DNA from: Candidatus Bathyarchaeota archaeon | GTDB lineage: Archaea > Thermoproteota > Bathyarchaeia > 40CM-2-53-6 | Length of the DNA: 64,000 nucleotides | Reading direction: 5' to 3' | Assembly (NCBI GenBank): GCA_963733055.1 | Contig: CAVTBR010000003.1 | Location: forward strand, 640,001 to 704,000 | Shown: piece after piece, positions 9,986 to 20,863 of the stretch | Numbering within the stretch: the first letter of the stretch is position 1 | Layout of the letters: every line of letters starts with the position of its first letter | Position numbers and translations under genes: made by a program | The notes under the pieces: model-generated | The model's input: only the letters and a program-made list of their open reading frames with translations | The model's database searches: none | What the model was told of the DNA's origin: nothing

Positions 9986-11071
9986 TTAGAGCCCTTCCCT
10001 CGAAAGTTCCTGCACAAGTTCCTTTTGATGGGATGTCAAGCTTGTAGGCGTCTTCACTTGGACGACTACTAGTTCATCTCCTTTCCCGTTTTCTCGTATT
10101 GCTGGCATTCCTTTCTTTCTGAGTCTGAAGATTGCACCACTCTGAGTGCCGGGTGGCATCATGATATTTGCTGGCCCATCCAACGTTGGAACTTGCACAT
10201 CACCGCCTAGGGCGGCTCTAGAGAAGGACACGTCAACATTACATATCAAATCGTTTCCTTCTCTTCGGAAGGTTTGATTCGGTTTTACGTGAACAACGAC
10301 GTACAGGTCTCCTCTTCTGCCGCTCCCGCTTGGGGCATCTCCTTCTCCGCGCATGAGTAGCTGGGAGCCAGTATCAACGCCCGGTGGAATCTTTATTGAG
10401 ATACGACGGTCGCACTCAAGGATTCCTGCACCATGGCATTCGTTGCATGGTTTATCGATTATCGTCCCTTTACCGCGGCACTTCCTGCACGGCTCAATTC
10501 GCGCGAAATGCATGAAGCCCGCGTTCTGAACGTGTTGAATCTGCCCCGAACCCCCGCACTCCGGACACTTCTTCGGAGACGTACCAGGCTTAGCTCCGGA
10601 ACCGTTGCATTCTGAACACCGTTCTGTTCTCGGAACCTCGACCTCTGTCGCCAACCCTGCGTAAGCCTGTTCGAGCGAGATCTCGAGGTTAAAGCTGAGG
10701 TCCTGTCCGCGCTGGGGCCCACGCGCGGGTCTGCCCCCGAAGAAGGAGTCAAAGATGGAACCGAAACCGCCTCCGAACCCAAAGCCGATACCTCGGAGGA
10801 TCTCGTCGAAATCGACGCCGCGGAAGATGTCCTCGGTTGAGTAGCGGTTGTCGATTCCCGCATGGCCAAACTGGTCGTATTGTGCTCTCTTTTGTTCGTC
10901 CGAGAGGATTGCGTACGCTTCGGAGATTTCCTTGAATTTGTTCTCGGCGTCTGGAGATTTGTTCCGGTCAGGGTGATACTTTACAGCTAGCTTTCGATAT
11001 TCTGACTTGATCTCGTCCTTGGTTGCGTTGCGTTGCACGCCAAGTATATCGTAATAGTCACGCTTCGACAA
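9986..11071 (-). CDS. dnaJ: Chaperone DnaJ
   Basis: J-domain HPD, G/F region and four CxxCxGxG repeats. Confidence 0.98.
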   Translation of the reverse strand: MSKRDYYDILGVQRNATKDEIKSEYRKLAVKYHPDRNKSPDAENKFKEISEAYAILSDEQKRAQYDQFGHAGIDNRYSTEDIFRGVDFDEILRGIGFGFGGGFGSIFDSFFGGRPARGPQRGQDLSFNLEISLEQAYAGLATEVEVPRTERCSECNGSGAKPGTSPKKCPECGGSGQIQHVQNAGFMHFARIEPCRKCRGKGTIIDKPCNECHGAGILECDRRISIKIPPGVDTGSQLLMRGEGDAPSGSGRRGDLYVVVHVKPNQTFRREGNDLICNVDVSFSRAALGGDVQVPTLDGPANIMMPPGTQSGAIFRLRKKGMPAIRENGKGDELVVVQVKTPTSLTSHQKELVQELSREGL

Positions 11072-11095
11072 TAGTGATCTGCCGCAAATTCATCT

Positions 11096-12982
11096 CTACT
11101 TCTTATCGTCAACGACCTTGTAGTCGACGTCGACGGGTTGTTCCTTATTCTCACCCGTTGGAGGAGGTGGAGATGTTGCTTCGCCTGCCGTTCCCGCCCT
11201 CTGCTGGGCAACCTGTTGATAGGCAGCCGTTCCGACATCCTGCAAAAGTTTCTGTAGTGCTTCAAGTTTCTGCTTTATGGTTCCGAGGTCCTTGCCGGCG
11301 AGGGATTCTCGGAGTTCTGAGATGGCCTTGTTTATTTGTTCGGATTGTTCCTTCGAAACTTTGCCTGCGAGTTCCTTTGTCAATCTTTCGGCGCTGTAGA
11401 TCAGATTATCAGCTGAATTTCTAAGTTCCGCTTCTTCCTTCCGTTTCTGATCTTGCGCTGCAAATTGGTCGGCCTGTTTCACCATTTTTTCGATCTCGTC
11501 TTTGGGAAGTTTGGTTGAGGCGGTGATTGTGATCTTCTGCTCTTTGTTCGTGGCAAGGTCCTTTGCTGATACGCTCAGAATTCCGTTGGCGTCTATGTCG
11601 AATGTAACTTCGATCTGTGGTACGCCTCTTGGGGCGGGTGGAATGCCTGATAGGTTGAACATTCCGAGGGACACGTTGTCTGAAGCCATCGGTCGTTCTC
11701 CTTGCAGTACATGAACGGTGACGGTTGTTTGGAAATCAGCGGCGGTCGAGAATACTTGTGTACGCTTCGTGGGGATGGTAGTGTTTCTTTCGACTAACTT
11801 TGTTAGAACGCTGCCCAGTGTTTCGACTCCGAGCGAGAGAGGGGTTACGTCAAGAAGAAGGAGGTCGTGAACATCGCCCGCGATTACCCCAGCCTGTATC
11901 GCCGCTCCCATCGCGACGCATTCCATAGGGTCGACTCCACTCTCAACTCCTTTACCCATGTAGTCTTCCACGAACTTTCTCACTATGGGCATGCGAGTTG
12001 GGCCCCCTACCATGATGATCTTCGAGATTTCCTTCGGCGTAAGCTTGGAATCGGCGAGCGCTCGGTCAAGCGGACCTCGGCATCTGTCTATGGTAGGACG
12101 AACAAGTTCTTCCAGTTTGCCGCGAGTCATCGTCATGGTTAGATGCTTAGCTCCTGAGGCATCGGCGGAGATGAAGGGGAGGTTGATGTCTGTGGTGAGG
12201 ACGGTTGAGAGTTCAATTTTCGCTTTCTCACCTGCCTCCCTAACGCGTTGGATGGCAACTTTATCGCTTCGAAGATCGATTCCGTTTGTTTTCTTGAATT
12301 CGTCAGCTATGTAATCGATTATGGAATTGTCCATGTCAGTTCCTCCAAGCTGTGTGTCACCGTTGGTGGCAAGAACCGTAAAGACGGGAGTTACTTTCCC
12401 TGTCTCGTCTTTGGACGGGCCAACTTCCATAAGTGTCACGTCGAGCGTTCCGCCGCCCAAATCAAAAACCATTATTTTCATCTCCTTCTCGGGTCGATCC
12501 ATCCCGTACGCCAATGACGCAGCCGTCGGTTCGTTGATTATGCGGACGACTTCGAGGCCGGCGATTGAGCCAGCGTCTTTTGTTGCCTGCCGTTGGTTGT
12601 CGTTGAAGTAGGCGGGCACCGTGATGACCGCCTTCTCGACCTTGTCTGCCAAGAACGCCTCGGCATCCCGTTTGATCTTCTGAAGGATAAACGCTGAAAT
12701 TTGTTGTGGCGTGTATTCCTTACCGAAAATTTTAACTTTGTAATCAGTGCCCATCTTGCGTTTGATCGCCATGACGGTACCTTCTGGGTTCGAAACTGCT
12801 TGGCGCCTTGCAGGTTCACCGACCAGGAGCTGCCCATCTTTCGTAAAGGCAACGTATGACGGAAACGCCTTTCCAGCGACCGACGTGCCTTCAGCGCTGG
12901 GTATGATGGTTGGACGCCCAGCGATTATGGCCGCTGCAGCGGAATTACTTGTTCCAAGGTCTATTCCTATGATCTTTGGCAA
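11096..12982 (-). CDS. dnaK: Chaperone DnaK
   Basis: [23 protein letters not shown] and [11 protein letters not shown] motifs. Confidence 0.99.
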   Translation of the reverse strand: MPKIIGIDLGTSNSAAAAIIAGRPTIIPSAEGTSVAGKAFPSYVAFTKDGQLLVGEPARRQAVSNPEGTVMAIKRKMGTDYKVKIFGKEYTPQQISAFILQKIKRDAEAFLADKVEKAVITVPAYFNDNQRQATKDAGSIAGLEVVRIINEPTAASLAYGMDRPEKEMKIMVFDLGGGTLDVTLMEVGPSKDETGKVTPVFTVLATNGDTQLGGTDMDNSIIDYIADEFKKTNGIDLRSDKVAIQRVREAGEKAKIELSTVLTTDINLPFISADASGAKHLTMTMTRGKLEELVRPTIDRCRGPLDRALADSKLTPKEISKIIMVGGPTRMPIVRKFVEDYMGKGVESGVDPMECVAMGAAIQAGVIAGDVHDLLLLDVTPLSLGVETLGSVLTKLVERNTTIPTKRTQVFSTAADFQTTVTVHVLQGERPMASDNVSLGMFNLSGIPPAPRGVPQIEVTFDIDANGILSVSAKDLATNKEQKITITASTKLPKDEIEKMVKQADQFAAQDQKRKEEAELRNSADNLIYSAERLTKELAGKVSKEQSEQINKAISELRESLAGKDLGTIKQKLEALQKLLQDVGTAAYQQVAQQRAGTAGEATSPPPPTGENKEQPVDVDYKVVDDKK

Positions 12983-12999
12983 GGTTCATGTCACCATTA

Positions 13000-13014
13000 G
13001 TTACTATACGTAAC
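13000..13014. promoter_or_regulatory. Palindrome GTTAC-N5-GTAAC upstream of dnaK (candidate heat-shock operator)
   Basis: Near-identical site upstream of thermosome at 26603-26617. Confidence 0.45.
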
Positions 13015-13050
13015 AATGGAACGAGGATTTAGTTCAAAAACATTGCGGGA

Positions 13051-13644
13051 CTACCCGCTCGCCGGCAGATTAGAGTCCGCTTTCTTCGGGAGCTTACTGA
13101 CAACTACAAGGCTTGACCTGATTACTTTACCGTTGAGAGTGTAGCCTTTCCGAATCTCCTCAACGATAGTGTTTTCTGGAGTCTCATCGGTTTCCACATA
13201 GCTAACAACTTCGTGCAACTCTGGATCCAACTGCTTACCAACAGCCGCGATTTCCTCCAACCCCTCACTCTGGAGTACCTCAGTCAGCTGTTTTTGGAGC
13301 ATCCTCAATCCAACTGCCGTTTCGTCTTGCAGAAGCGGATTGTCGGAAGCTGCGACGCTTACAGCTTGCTGCAATGAATCCAGGCTCGGGAGTAGCTTGG
13401 CCATTAGTCTTTCAGACGCCTGCGAAGTTACTTCCTGAACTCGCCGCCGACTAATCTTCTGTACATTCTCCATGTCTGCCTGGAGTCGCTTAAGTCGGTC
13501 AAGGTACTCGGCCGCTTTTCTCTCGCTCTCCTGCTTTTGCCTAACCGCCTCAAGCAATTCATCCTGAACATTTTCCGATTTGTCCTCATCGGAGGGCAGG
13601 GATTGCTCTTGTTTAGGGTTAGGTTTTGTGTCTTCAGTCTTCAA
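13051..13644 (-). CDS. grpE: Nucleotide exchange factor GrpE
   Basis: RLQADMEN, LDPELHE and KGYTLNGKVIR motifs; upstream of dnaK. Confidence 0.95.
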   Translation of the reverse strand: MKTEDTKPNPKQEQSLPSDEDKSENVQDELLEAVRQKQESERKAAEYLDRLKRLQADMENVQKISRRRVQEVTSQASERLMAKLLPSLDSLQQAVSVAASDNPLLQDETAVGLRMLQKQLTEVLQSEGLEEIAAVGKQLDPELHEVVSYVETDETPENTIVEEIRKGYTLNGKVIRSSLVVVSKLPKKADSNLPASG

Positions 13645-13770
13645 CTCCGACCACTGGACGACGACTTACAACACCACTTTTCGGTTCCCTAACAAGTCCT
13701 TTTCGATATGTCCTGCCAGGGCGTAAACATGAAGCGAGAGCCATGATGTTGTAATGCTATAGAATCGAAG

Positions 13771-14379
13771 TTATTGGACGGCTTGCGTTCCTAGAACCGT
13801 TCCATCTTTTAGTCTATCGAATGCGTATTGCGGGACGAATGTTCCCACGGAGACAGTGGAATCCGGAGTTCGTCGGAAATACTGACGGGCGATTAGGGTT
13901 TCTGTTTTCGTGATTCCCTGCACCCCTTCAAACTGATTGACGGCGGTTTCCAAAATCTGCTCGACATTCTTGCTGTGCAGGATCAATAACAGATCCCAGT
14001 CTCCTGGAATTATGTGTCCTTCAACAACGTGCTTCAGCTCCCCGAGTTGAGACAGAACTGTCGGTAAGACACCTTGAGAGCGCAGGAGAGAAATCGCCAA
14101 TGCGTCATTCTCGTCAACGGCATAATCCTTTGTGAAACCCTCAAACGGAATGTGCGTACTTGTGGATTTTATCCCCTGCATTGAACGTATCTCGGAGACG
14201 ACCCTGTACAGGCCGGTTCGGTCGTAATGGCCTACGCGGACTAGTAGGTCATATCTACCGATGAGAAGCGCCCCCTCCTCAACTTGAGGTATTTCCTTAA
14301 CCGTTCTCACAACATCGGCAACCTGTCCGCGCTCGATAACAGCTAAAATGTATGAAGACGATTTCAAGGGGGAACTCAT
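13771..14379 (-). CDS. Tandem Lrp/AsnC ligand-binding (RAM) domain protein lacking an HTH
   Basis: Two repeats: GRYDLL...GIKSTST and GDWDLL...GITKTET. Confidence 0.75.
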   Translation of the reverse strand: MSSPLKSSSYILAVIERGQVADVVRTVKEIPQVEEGALLIGRYDLLVRVGHYDRTGLYRVVSEIRSMQGIKSTSTHIPFEGFTKDYAVDENDALAISLLRSQGVLPTVLSQLGELKHVVEGHIIPGDWDLLLILHSKNVEQILETAVNQFEGVQGITKTETLIARQYFRRTPDSTVSVGTFVPQYAFDRLKDGTVLGTQAVQ

Positions 14380-14582
14380 TGCCGACTCTCCAGAGAGTTA
14401 CTGAAAGCGATGGAAGACGGGAACACGAAAGCTTCTACTTAAATCACGCACCCAAGTCCTCAACCGCGGTTGTCAATTAATAATGCATCATACAGACACA
14501 TGATTCACTGTCACTATTGGAGCCCCCATCGGCAGAATCATATACGAACCGTATTCATCCGCCGTAATCTGCCCCTAGAAAG

Positions 14583-15798
14583 GTGATACTGGTGGATTCC
14601 AAGTGGATCGACCGCGATGGAAAAGTGATCTTCATTGAGAAAATCATCCGAACGGTACCATATGGTTTTCTTGGCGTATTATTCGGAGTTTACATGGCCC
14701 AGCTAGGGTTCCAACCTTTCGCCATAGGCGTAGTACTCACGATCACGGTGTTCACTAGCGCAGTCTACACGTTAGGAATAAGTTTCGTAGCAGATAGGTT
14801 CGGTCGAAAACGAACGCTCATTATTTTCGCTTTGATGGACTTCATTGCTGGATCGGTCTTATTTTTGTCCACGGCCTGGTGGGCGCCCATCATCGCGGGC
14901 ATCGTTGGGAATATGACGGTCGGGGCAGGCGAAGTTGGTCCCTTCCTCACTCTAGAGCAAGCGATCATACCGCAGACATGTGACTTAAAGCACCGAACTG
15001 TAGCGTTCACAATCTACAACCTCGCCGGCTACGGCGCATCCTCCATTGGTGCGTTGATGTCTGGCCTGCCCCAATACATAGGATCAGGAGTAATTGGATA
15101 CCGACCACTGTTCGCGGCCTACTTAGCCTCGGGCCTCATCGGCGGCATACTGTATTCTAGGCTGTCGAAGAAAGTTGAACTTGAGACCGCGGTCAAGAAA
15201 CGTGCCGTACTATCGGAGAAATCTAAACCCATAGTTCAGAGATTGGCGGGAGTCTTCGCGATAGACGCCTTCGGAGGCGGGTTAATTGGCCAGAGCATTC
15301 TGGCTTACTACTTCTACTTGAAGTTCGGGCTGAACAACGCAACTCTCGCCTGGATATTTTTCGGAACTCAAATCATAACGGCGTTCTCATTCCTAGCCGC
15401 TGAGCGAATTGCAAGACGGTTGGGCCTTCTGAACACCATGGTTTACAGCCACATCCCATCGAACGTATTCCTAGCAAGCGTCGCGTTTCGCGCCTACCGC
15501 GATCGGGGCGGTGTTCTTGCTATTTTGCAGACAAACCCTATCACAGATGGATGTGCCCACACGTCAATCATACGTGATGGCCGTTGTTGACGAGTCGGAC
15601 AGAACCCCAGCTGCCGGTCTCACAAACGTCTCACGAAGCATCTCCCAATCAATCAGTCCCTCCATAGCCGGCTATGCTATGGCGAACTTTTGGATCGGCA
15701 CTCCGCTCTTCGCCGCGGCCATGCTGAAACTTGTGTATGACGGCCTAATCTATGGAAGCTTCCGAAAGGTAAAACCTCCAGAGGAACAGAAACGATAG
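14583..15798 (+). CDS. MFS transporter (one +1 frameshift at ~15487, likely sequencing error)
   Basis: ADRFGRKR motif; removing one T joins ...VAF to APTAIGAVFLL...QMDVPTRQSY. Confidence 0.88.
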
Positions 15799-15901
15799 CT
15801 TTGGCACTGGTTCTGCTCTGCTCAAATCGTACAACCAAGCATTCCGAGATGCTCAAATCTAGGTTCGGAATTATAGCTCCGTTTCAGCCTATTCGAGATG
15901 C

Positions 15902-18025
15902 ATGGGCGACTTGAAGAAAGAACAAGCGGTTACAGCACCGAAGCGGGTGAGGTACGTGCGGGTACTTGTGGACCCAACGTTGAAGGTGCAACCTGAGATC
16001 CACGTACCGCAGCCGAACTTCGGGTCGCTCATTGAGATTACGCCCTTTCGAGATGGTTTCTTCCACCACCCCGCAACCCTCAATCCCGTTCTCGCACAGG
16101 AAACTTACCGTCAATCTGGGCTGAAACTAGAATACTCGCCTCAAGCGCTCAAACTAATTCGCGAACACCGAACCGTGATACTTGAGTACGATCCCGAAGG
16201 ATACGTTTGGGTCAGACCGCTGAAAGATGACTCATTGAAAGATATTCTCGACGACTGGACTTTCAAGACGTATGTTGTTTGGAGCCCATACTATGATAGC
16301 TACAGACTCAGACAGGCAGGATCATTGGAATTCGCGAAAGAGGCTTTCGAACGAGACGGCGTTCGCCTGCAACTCAAGAACTTCCCGCAAAGAGAAACGA
16401 GACTGCGCAAGACTCACGCTCCAAGAAACATCAATGTCACACTCTACCCGTTCCAACGAAAAGCGGTACAATTCATCCTAGAAAACGATGGCCGCGCCTG
16501 CCTTTTTGATGAGATGGGGCTGGGTAAGACAATCTCAGCGACCAGCGCCTTGATCGAGCTAGAGAAGCTCAGAAAGTCTTCCAGGGCGTTGATAGTCGCA
16601 CCAAACGCCGTCGTTGATCAGTGGCGGGAAGAACTTGTCGAGAAATTTAACCTTGAACCAACCATTGTCACTTCTAAGCGTTCGATTCGGGAACGCGCCA
16701 AATTGTACGATGACCCCTTAGTCGTCGTAAACTATGAACTGCTTCGCACGGACGCGGATATGATAATGCAGAGAGCTTTCGACACTCTGATACTTGATGA
16801 GGTAACCCGCGTCAAGAACTTAGACACTCAGACGAGTGAGGCGGTCAAGAAGTTAATCGTCCGAAACGTGATAGCCTTGACGGGCACACCGCTCGAAAAT
16901 CATCTCGGTGAACTCTACAATATTGTGAATATTGTACGGCCAGGTTTCTTCGGGCGGTATCATGAAGACTTCCTAGCTAGGTTTACCTTGAAGTTATCGG
17001 GGCAGGGATGGCAATCGTACCGGCCCATCATCAACCCTGAAACTCTACCCTTACTTAGGAGAGAGCTGAAGGCGGTTTCGATCCGCCGCACCAAGGCCCA
17101 AGTTCTGAGACAATTACCCTCTCTAACAATGCAGTATGTATACACTGAACCAGCCAGGAACCAACGTACGATCTACGATATACTCCAAGAGAGTTTAAGC
17201 GAAACCGTTCTTGAAGAGTACGCTTTCAGCACCACCGAACACGAAGGGCCCAACCCCTTCACATCCAACCGACTTAGACTCTACACACTTCTCAGAGAGG
17301 CTTGCGCCGACATAAGCATGATAGCAGGTTACCTGCGACGGAAGCAACGCGAGGACTCTCGCGATGCCGAGTTACTCCGTGAATCGCCAATCTTCAAGAA
17401 ATTGCTACGAGCGGTCGCCAGACTAGAACCTGAGAACGCAAAGCTTATCGAACTAAAAGAACTCGTCGAGGATCTAACGGAGCAATCACATAAACTGGTA
17501 ATCTTCTCGCAATTCGTACCTGTAGTTAATCTGATACAAGAAGAACTAGAGGGTAAGGGGATCCCAACACTTGTGTACCATGGGCAGCTTTCACGCGAGG
17601 AACGAATAGCCAACCTGCACAAATTCACAGAGCAACCTATCTACAGAGTTCTCGCGAGCACGGACGCTGGACAGTTTGGCTTGAACTTGCAGGCGGCTGA
17701 TGTCGTCGTAAATTACGACCTCCCATGGAACCCCGCTAGGCTGCTTCAGCGGATCGCTCGCCTCCACCGAATCGGCCAAACCAACAAAGTACTTGCAGTG
17801 AATTTCGTCGTCAAAGGCACAATCGAAGAACATGTACGCGACGTACTGGAACGGAAGCGAACGTTATTCCGACAAGTCACGGTAAGCGACATGACTGAGA
17901 GTGAAGAATTGACTTTGGACGAATTGAAGGAAATCTTCGGCTTTGACATGATGAAGTTAGCCGCGAAGATCCGCGAACGCTATGGATTGAAACTCGAAAA
18001 GCCCCTAGCTAGAACGAACCCATAA
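15902..18025 (+). CDS. SNF2-family helicase/ATPase with uncharacterised N-terminal region
   Basis: DEMGLGKT, LTGTPLEN, GLNLQ and DLPWNP...QRIARLHRIGQ motifs. Confidence 0.93.
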   Translation: MGDLKKEQAVTAPKRVRYVRVLVDPTLKVQPEIHVPQPNFGSLIEITPFRDGFFHHPATLNPVLAQETYRQSGLKLEYSPQALKLIREHRTVILEYDPEGYVWVRPLKDDSLKDILDDWTFKTYVVWSPYYDSYRLRQAGSLEFAKEAFERDGVRLQLKNFPQRETRLRKTHAPRNINVTLYPFQRKAVQFILENDGRACLFDEMGLGKTISATSALIELEKLRKSSRALIVAPNAVVDQWREELVEKFNLEPTIVTSKRSIRERAKLYDDPLVVVNYELLRTDADMIMQRAFDTLILDEVTRVKNLDTQTSEAVKKLIVRNVIALTGTPLENHLGELYNIVNIVRPGFFGRYHEDFLARFTLKLSGQGWQSYRPIINPETLPLLRRELKAVSIRRTKAQVLRQLPSLTMQYVYTEPARNQRTIYDILQESLSETVLEEYAFSTTEHEGPNPFTSNRLRLYTLLREACADISMIAGYLRRKQREDSRDAELLRESPIFKKLLRAVARLEPENAKLIELKELVEDLTEQSHKLVIFSQFVPVVNLIQEELEGKGIPTLVYHGQLSREERIANLHKFTEQPIYRVLASTDAGQFGLNLQAADVVVNYDLPWNPARLLQRIARLHRIGQTNKVLAVNFVVKGTIEEHVRDVLERKRTLFRQVTVSDMTESEELTLDELKEIFGFDMMKLAAKIRERYGLKLEKPLARTNP

Positions 18026-18136
18026 ACCGAGTTAAGGCCTCGTCAAGCGTTCACAGTAAATCGTTAGATGGCCTAGGAGAACTTTCACTCATCTCTCTAC
18101 CGTATTACACAGATCTGCAATGGTGAGGCTCGGGGA

Positions 18137-18391
18137 GTGGAAATCTTCTGCGAAGCTTGTAGCCCGCCTAGGACTCCTCGATACGAAGGAACCAAACTAA
18201 TCCTAGAACAAGTAAGCTGTAATTGCCAGTGCCCCGAAACCGTATTCGAATCCAGAGGCCCCCGTTGCTCTAAGTGCGACCACCCTGTGAAGGTTGAGCT
18301 TACGGATCGATGGGAGGACCCGTACCTGTGGATTAACCCCAAAACACATAGGCCTGTAAGAATCGACGAAGTCAAAACCCAGATCGCATAA
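18137..18391 (+). CDS. Small Cys-rich putative zinc-finger protein
   Basis: CEAC, CNCQC and CSKC motifs; GGTGAGG RBS upstream of GTG. Confidence 0.55.
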   Translation: MEIFCEACSPPRTPRYEGTKLILEQVSCNCQCPETVFESRGPRCSKCDHPVKVELTDRWEDPYLWINPKTHRPVRIDEVKTQIA

Positions 18392-18468
18392 GGGCTAGGT
18401 TTGTGGCTGGCCACAGTTTTTGACAAAAGGTAATTAGCGACACAGAACCGCATCTTTGCTGAAGCCTC

Positions 18469-20859
18469 ATGGTATCTGAACTTCCAGTCAACGCCCTTCG
18501 TTGGACTTGCGATCCTAAGATCATTGGAGGAAAGACGACCGAGGAACTCAAACCCCTACAAATGATGGTGGGTCAACCCCGTGCCAACCAAGCGCTATCT
18601 CTTGGCTTTTCGGCCAAGGAAACCGGCTTCAACATCTTCGTGGCAGGCCCCGCAGGAACCGGAAAAACAACCACCGTAACCGATTTTCTCGATGAACTCG
18701 CGAAGAAATTGCCGACGCCGATGGATTGTTGTTACGTCCACAACTTCGAAGACGAATACCAACCGACCACCCTCCGTTGCCCACCTGGACTGGGAAAACA
18801 ACTCAAACAAGACATGCGGGAGCTCATAGCCGCCGCACGGATTGCCATTCATCAAGTATTCGAGGGCGAAGACTACGCAAGCAAACGAGAAGAAATAATC
18901 AAGAAAGTCAACGCGAAACGGGAAGAAATAATCGCCCGTATGGGCCAGATTGCGGAAGAAGCAGGGTTCATACTTCAGCTGACACCCGTTGGAGTCTCGC
19001 TTGTACCGGTGATCAAGGGCCGGCCCCTAAAGTCAGACGAGTACCTTTCCCTACCAAAAGAAGCTCAACAGAAGTTAGCGCAACAACGGGAGGCTCTTAC
19101 AGAGAAACTGCAATCATCCGTGAAGGAACTACGCGATCTAGAGGCTGCGGCTCGAAACGAAATCGCGGAATTCGATAGAGATGTCACGTTGTATGCGATC
19201 GACCACTTAATGTCCAGTTTACTGGAGAAATACAAACCCCACGAGGAGATTGTCAAGTTTCTACATAATATCCAGACACACATCGGCGAGGACATTGACA
19301 GATTTCGCGGACCGAGCGACGAGAAGAAGAAGGATGCCAAGGAGGAATATGCAGACGAATTAGGATTCCGCGTCTACGAAGTCAACGTGATTGCGGACAA
19401 TTCTGGAACACAGGGTGCTCCGATCATTGTCGAGCAAAATCCAATTTACGACAACGTGCTTGGACGCATTGAGCGAGAGAGCCAGCTTGGAACCCTAACA
19501 ACTGATTTCACGCTAATTCGAGGCGGGTCAGTCCACCGCGCGAACGGCGGCTTCCTTGTAATGCGCGCCGAACAGCTTCTTCGCGACATAATCGTCTACG
19601 ACTCGCTGAAACGAGCCCTAAAGTCTGGAGAGATTCGTATAGAGGATTTACCGCAGCGGATTGGCTACGCGAGCGTTAGGTCACTCGCCCCCGAGCCGAT
19701 TCCTTTAGAATTGAAGGTGATCCTCATTGGGGACTCGAGCATGTACCAATTGCTGTATGCATACGATCCGGAATTCAAAGAGCTATTCAAAGTAAAAGCA
19801 GAATTCGACTCAACTATGGCGAAGACTGAGGCAAATATACGGAACTATGCAGGGTTCTTTACCACCCTCGCCATGAATGAAAACCTGAAACACTTAGACG
19901 CCTCAGCGGTAGCTCGCCTAATAGAACACAGCTGCAGGCTGGCTGAGGATCAGGATAAACTCTCGACGCAATTTGGTTTGGTCGGTGACGTTGTGCGTGA
20001 AGCTCATTTCTACGCCCAACAGGACAATTCAAAGTACATCACGAGAGACCACGTTGAGAGGGCCATTGAGGCCAAGATTTACCGGTCTAATTTGATTCAA
20101 GAGAAACTGCGCGAGTACATTGAGAAGAACATCATTTTCATTTCAACCGACGGTGAGGCTGTTGGACAAATTAACGGACTTTCGGTTCTCAGCCTTGGTG
20201 ATTTCTCTTTCGGCGCTCCCTCACGGATAACCGTAGCCGCGGGGTTGGGGAAGGAGGGGTTGGTTGACGTTCAGAGAGAAGTAGCAATGAGCGGCCCGAT
20301 ACATGGCAAGGGAGTTATGATAATTGCGGGCTACATCGCCTCGAAATTCGCGCGGGACAAACCTCTCACACTATCCGCCAGAATAGTGTTTGAACAGAAC
20401 TACGAAGGGGTGGAAGGAGACAGCGCCTCAAGTACAGAGCTGTACGCACTTCTCTCAGCACTATCAGGGGTTCCGATCAAGCAACACTTCGCCGTGACTG
20501 GATCAGTCAACCAGAAAGGTGAAGTTCAACCGATCGGAGGCGCCAACGAGAAAATCGAAGGATACTTTGAAGTGTGCAAGGCCAGGGGCCTCGACGGACA
20601 GCACGGCGTAGTGCTACCGAAAAGCAATGCTCGTAGCCTCATGTTGAAACAGGAAGTGCTGGACGCTGTGAAAGCCGGAAAATTCCACATATACCCAGTA
20701 TCAACGATCGAAGAAGGCATCGAAGTTCTAACTGGCGTTCCTGCCGGGAAGCAGCTTCCGAACGGCGGATACGAAGAGAATACCATCTACGGGCTCGTTG
20801 ACAAGCGTTTGAGGGAGATGGCGGAAACAGTGAAACGTTTCCAAGCGTTCTCGATGTAA
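18469..20859 (+). CDS. Lon-like S16 protease, LonC type
   Basis: GPAGTGKT, coiled-coil insert, HRANGGFL and GDSASS...KIEG Ser-Lys dyad; degenerate Walker B. Confidence 0.88.
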   Translation: MVSELPVNALRWTCDPKIIGGKTTEELKPLQMMVGQPRANQALSLGFSAKETGFNIFVAGPAGTGKTTTVTDFLDELAKKLPTPMDCCYVHNFEDEYQPTTLRCPPGLGKQLKQDMRELIAAARIAIHQVFEGEDYASKREEIIKKVNAKREEIIARMGQIAEEAGFILQLTPVGVSLVPVIKGRPLKSDEYLSLPKEAQQKLAQQREALTEKLQSSVKELRDLEAAARNEIAEFDRDVTLYAIDHLMSSLLEKYKPHEEIVKFLHNIQTHIGEDIDRFRGPSDEKKKDAKEEYADELGFRVYEVNVIADNSGTQGAPIIVEQNPIYDNVLGRIERESQLGTLTTDFTLIRGGSVHRANGGFLVMRAEQLLRDIIVYDSLKRALKSGEIRIEDLPQRIGYASVRSLAPEPIPLELKVILIGDSSMYQLLYAYDPEFKELFKVKAEFDSTMAKTEANIRNYAGFFTTLAMNENLKHLDASAVARLIEHSCRLAEDQDKLSTQFGLVGDVVREAHFYAQQDNSKYITRDHVERAIEAKIYRSNLIQEKLREYIEKNIIFISTDGEAVGQINGLSVLSLGDFSFGAPSRITVAAGLGKEGLVDVQREVAMSGPIHGKGVMIIAGYIASKFARDKPLTLSARIVFEQNYEGVEGDSASSTELYALLSALSGVPIKQHFAVTGSVNQKGEVQPIGGANEKIEGYFEVCKARGLDGQHGVVLPKSNARSLMLKQEVLDAVKAGKFHIYPVSTIEEGIEVLTGVPAGKQLPNGGYEENTIYGLVDKRLREMAETVKRFQAFSM

Positions 20860-20863
20860 AGGC

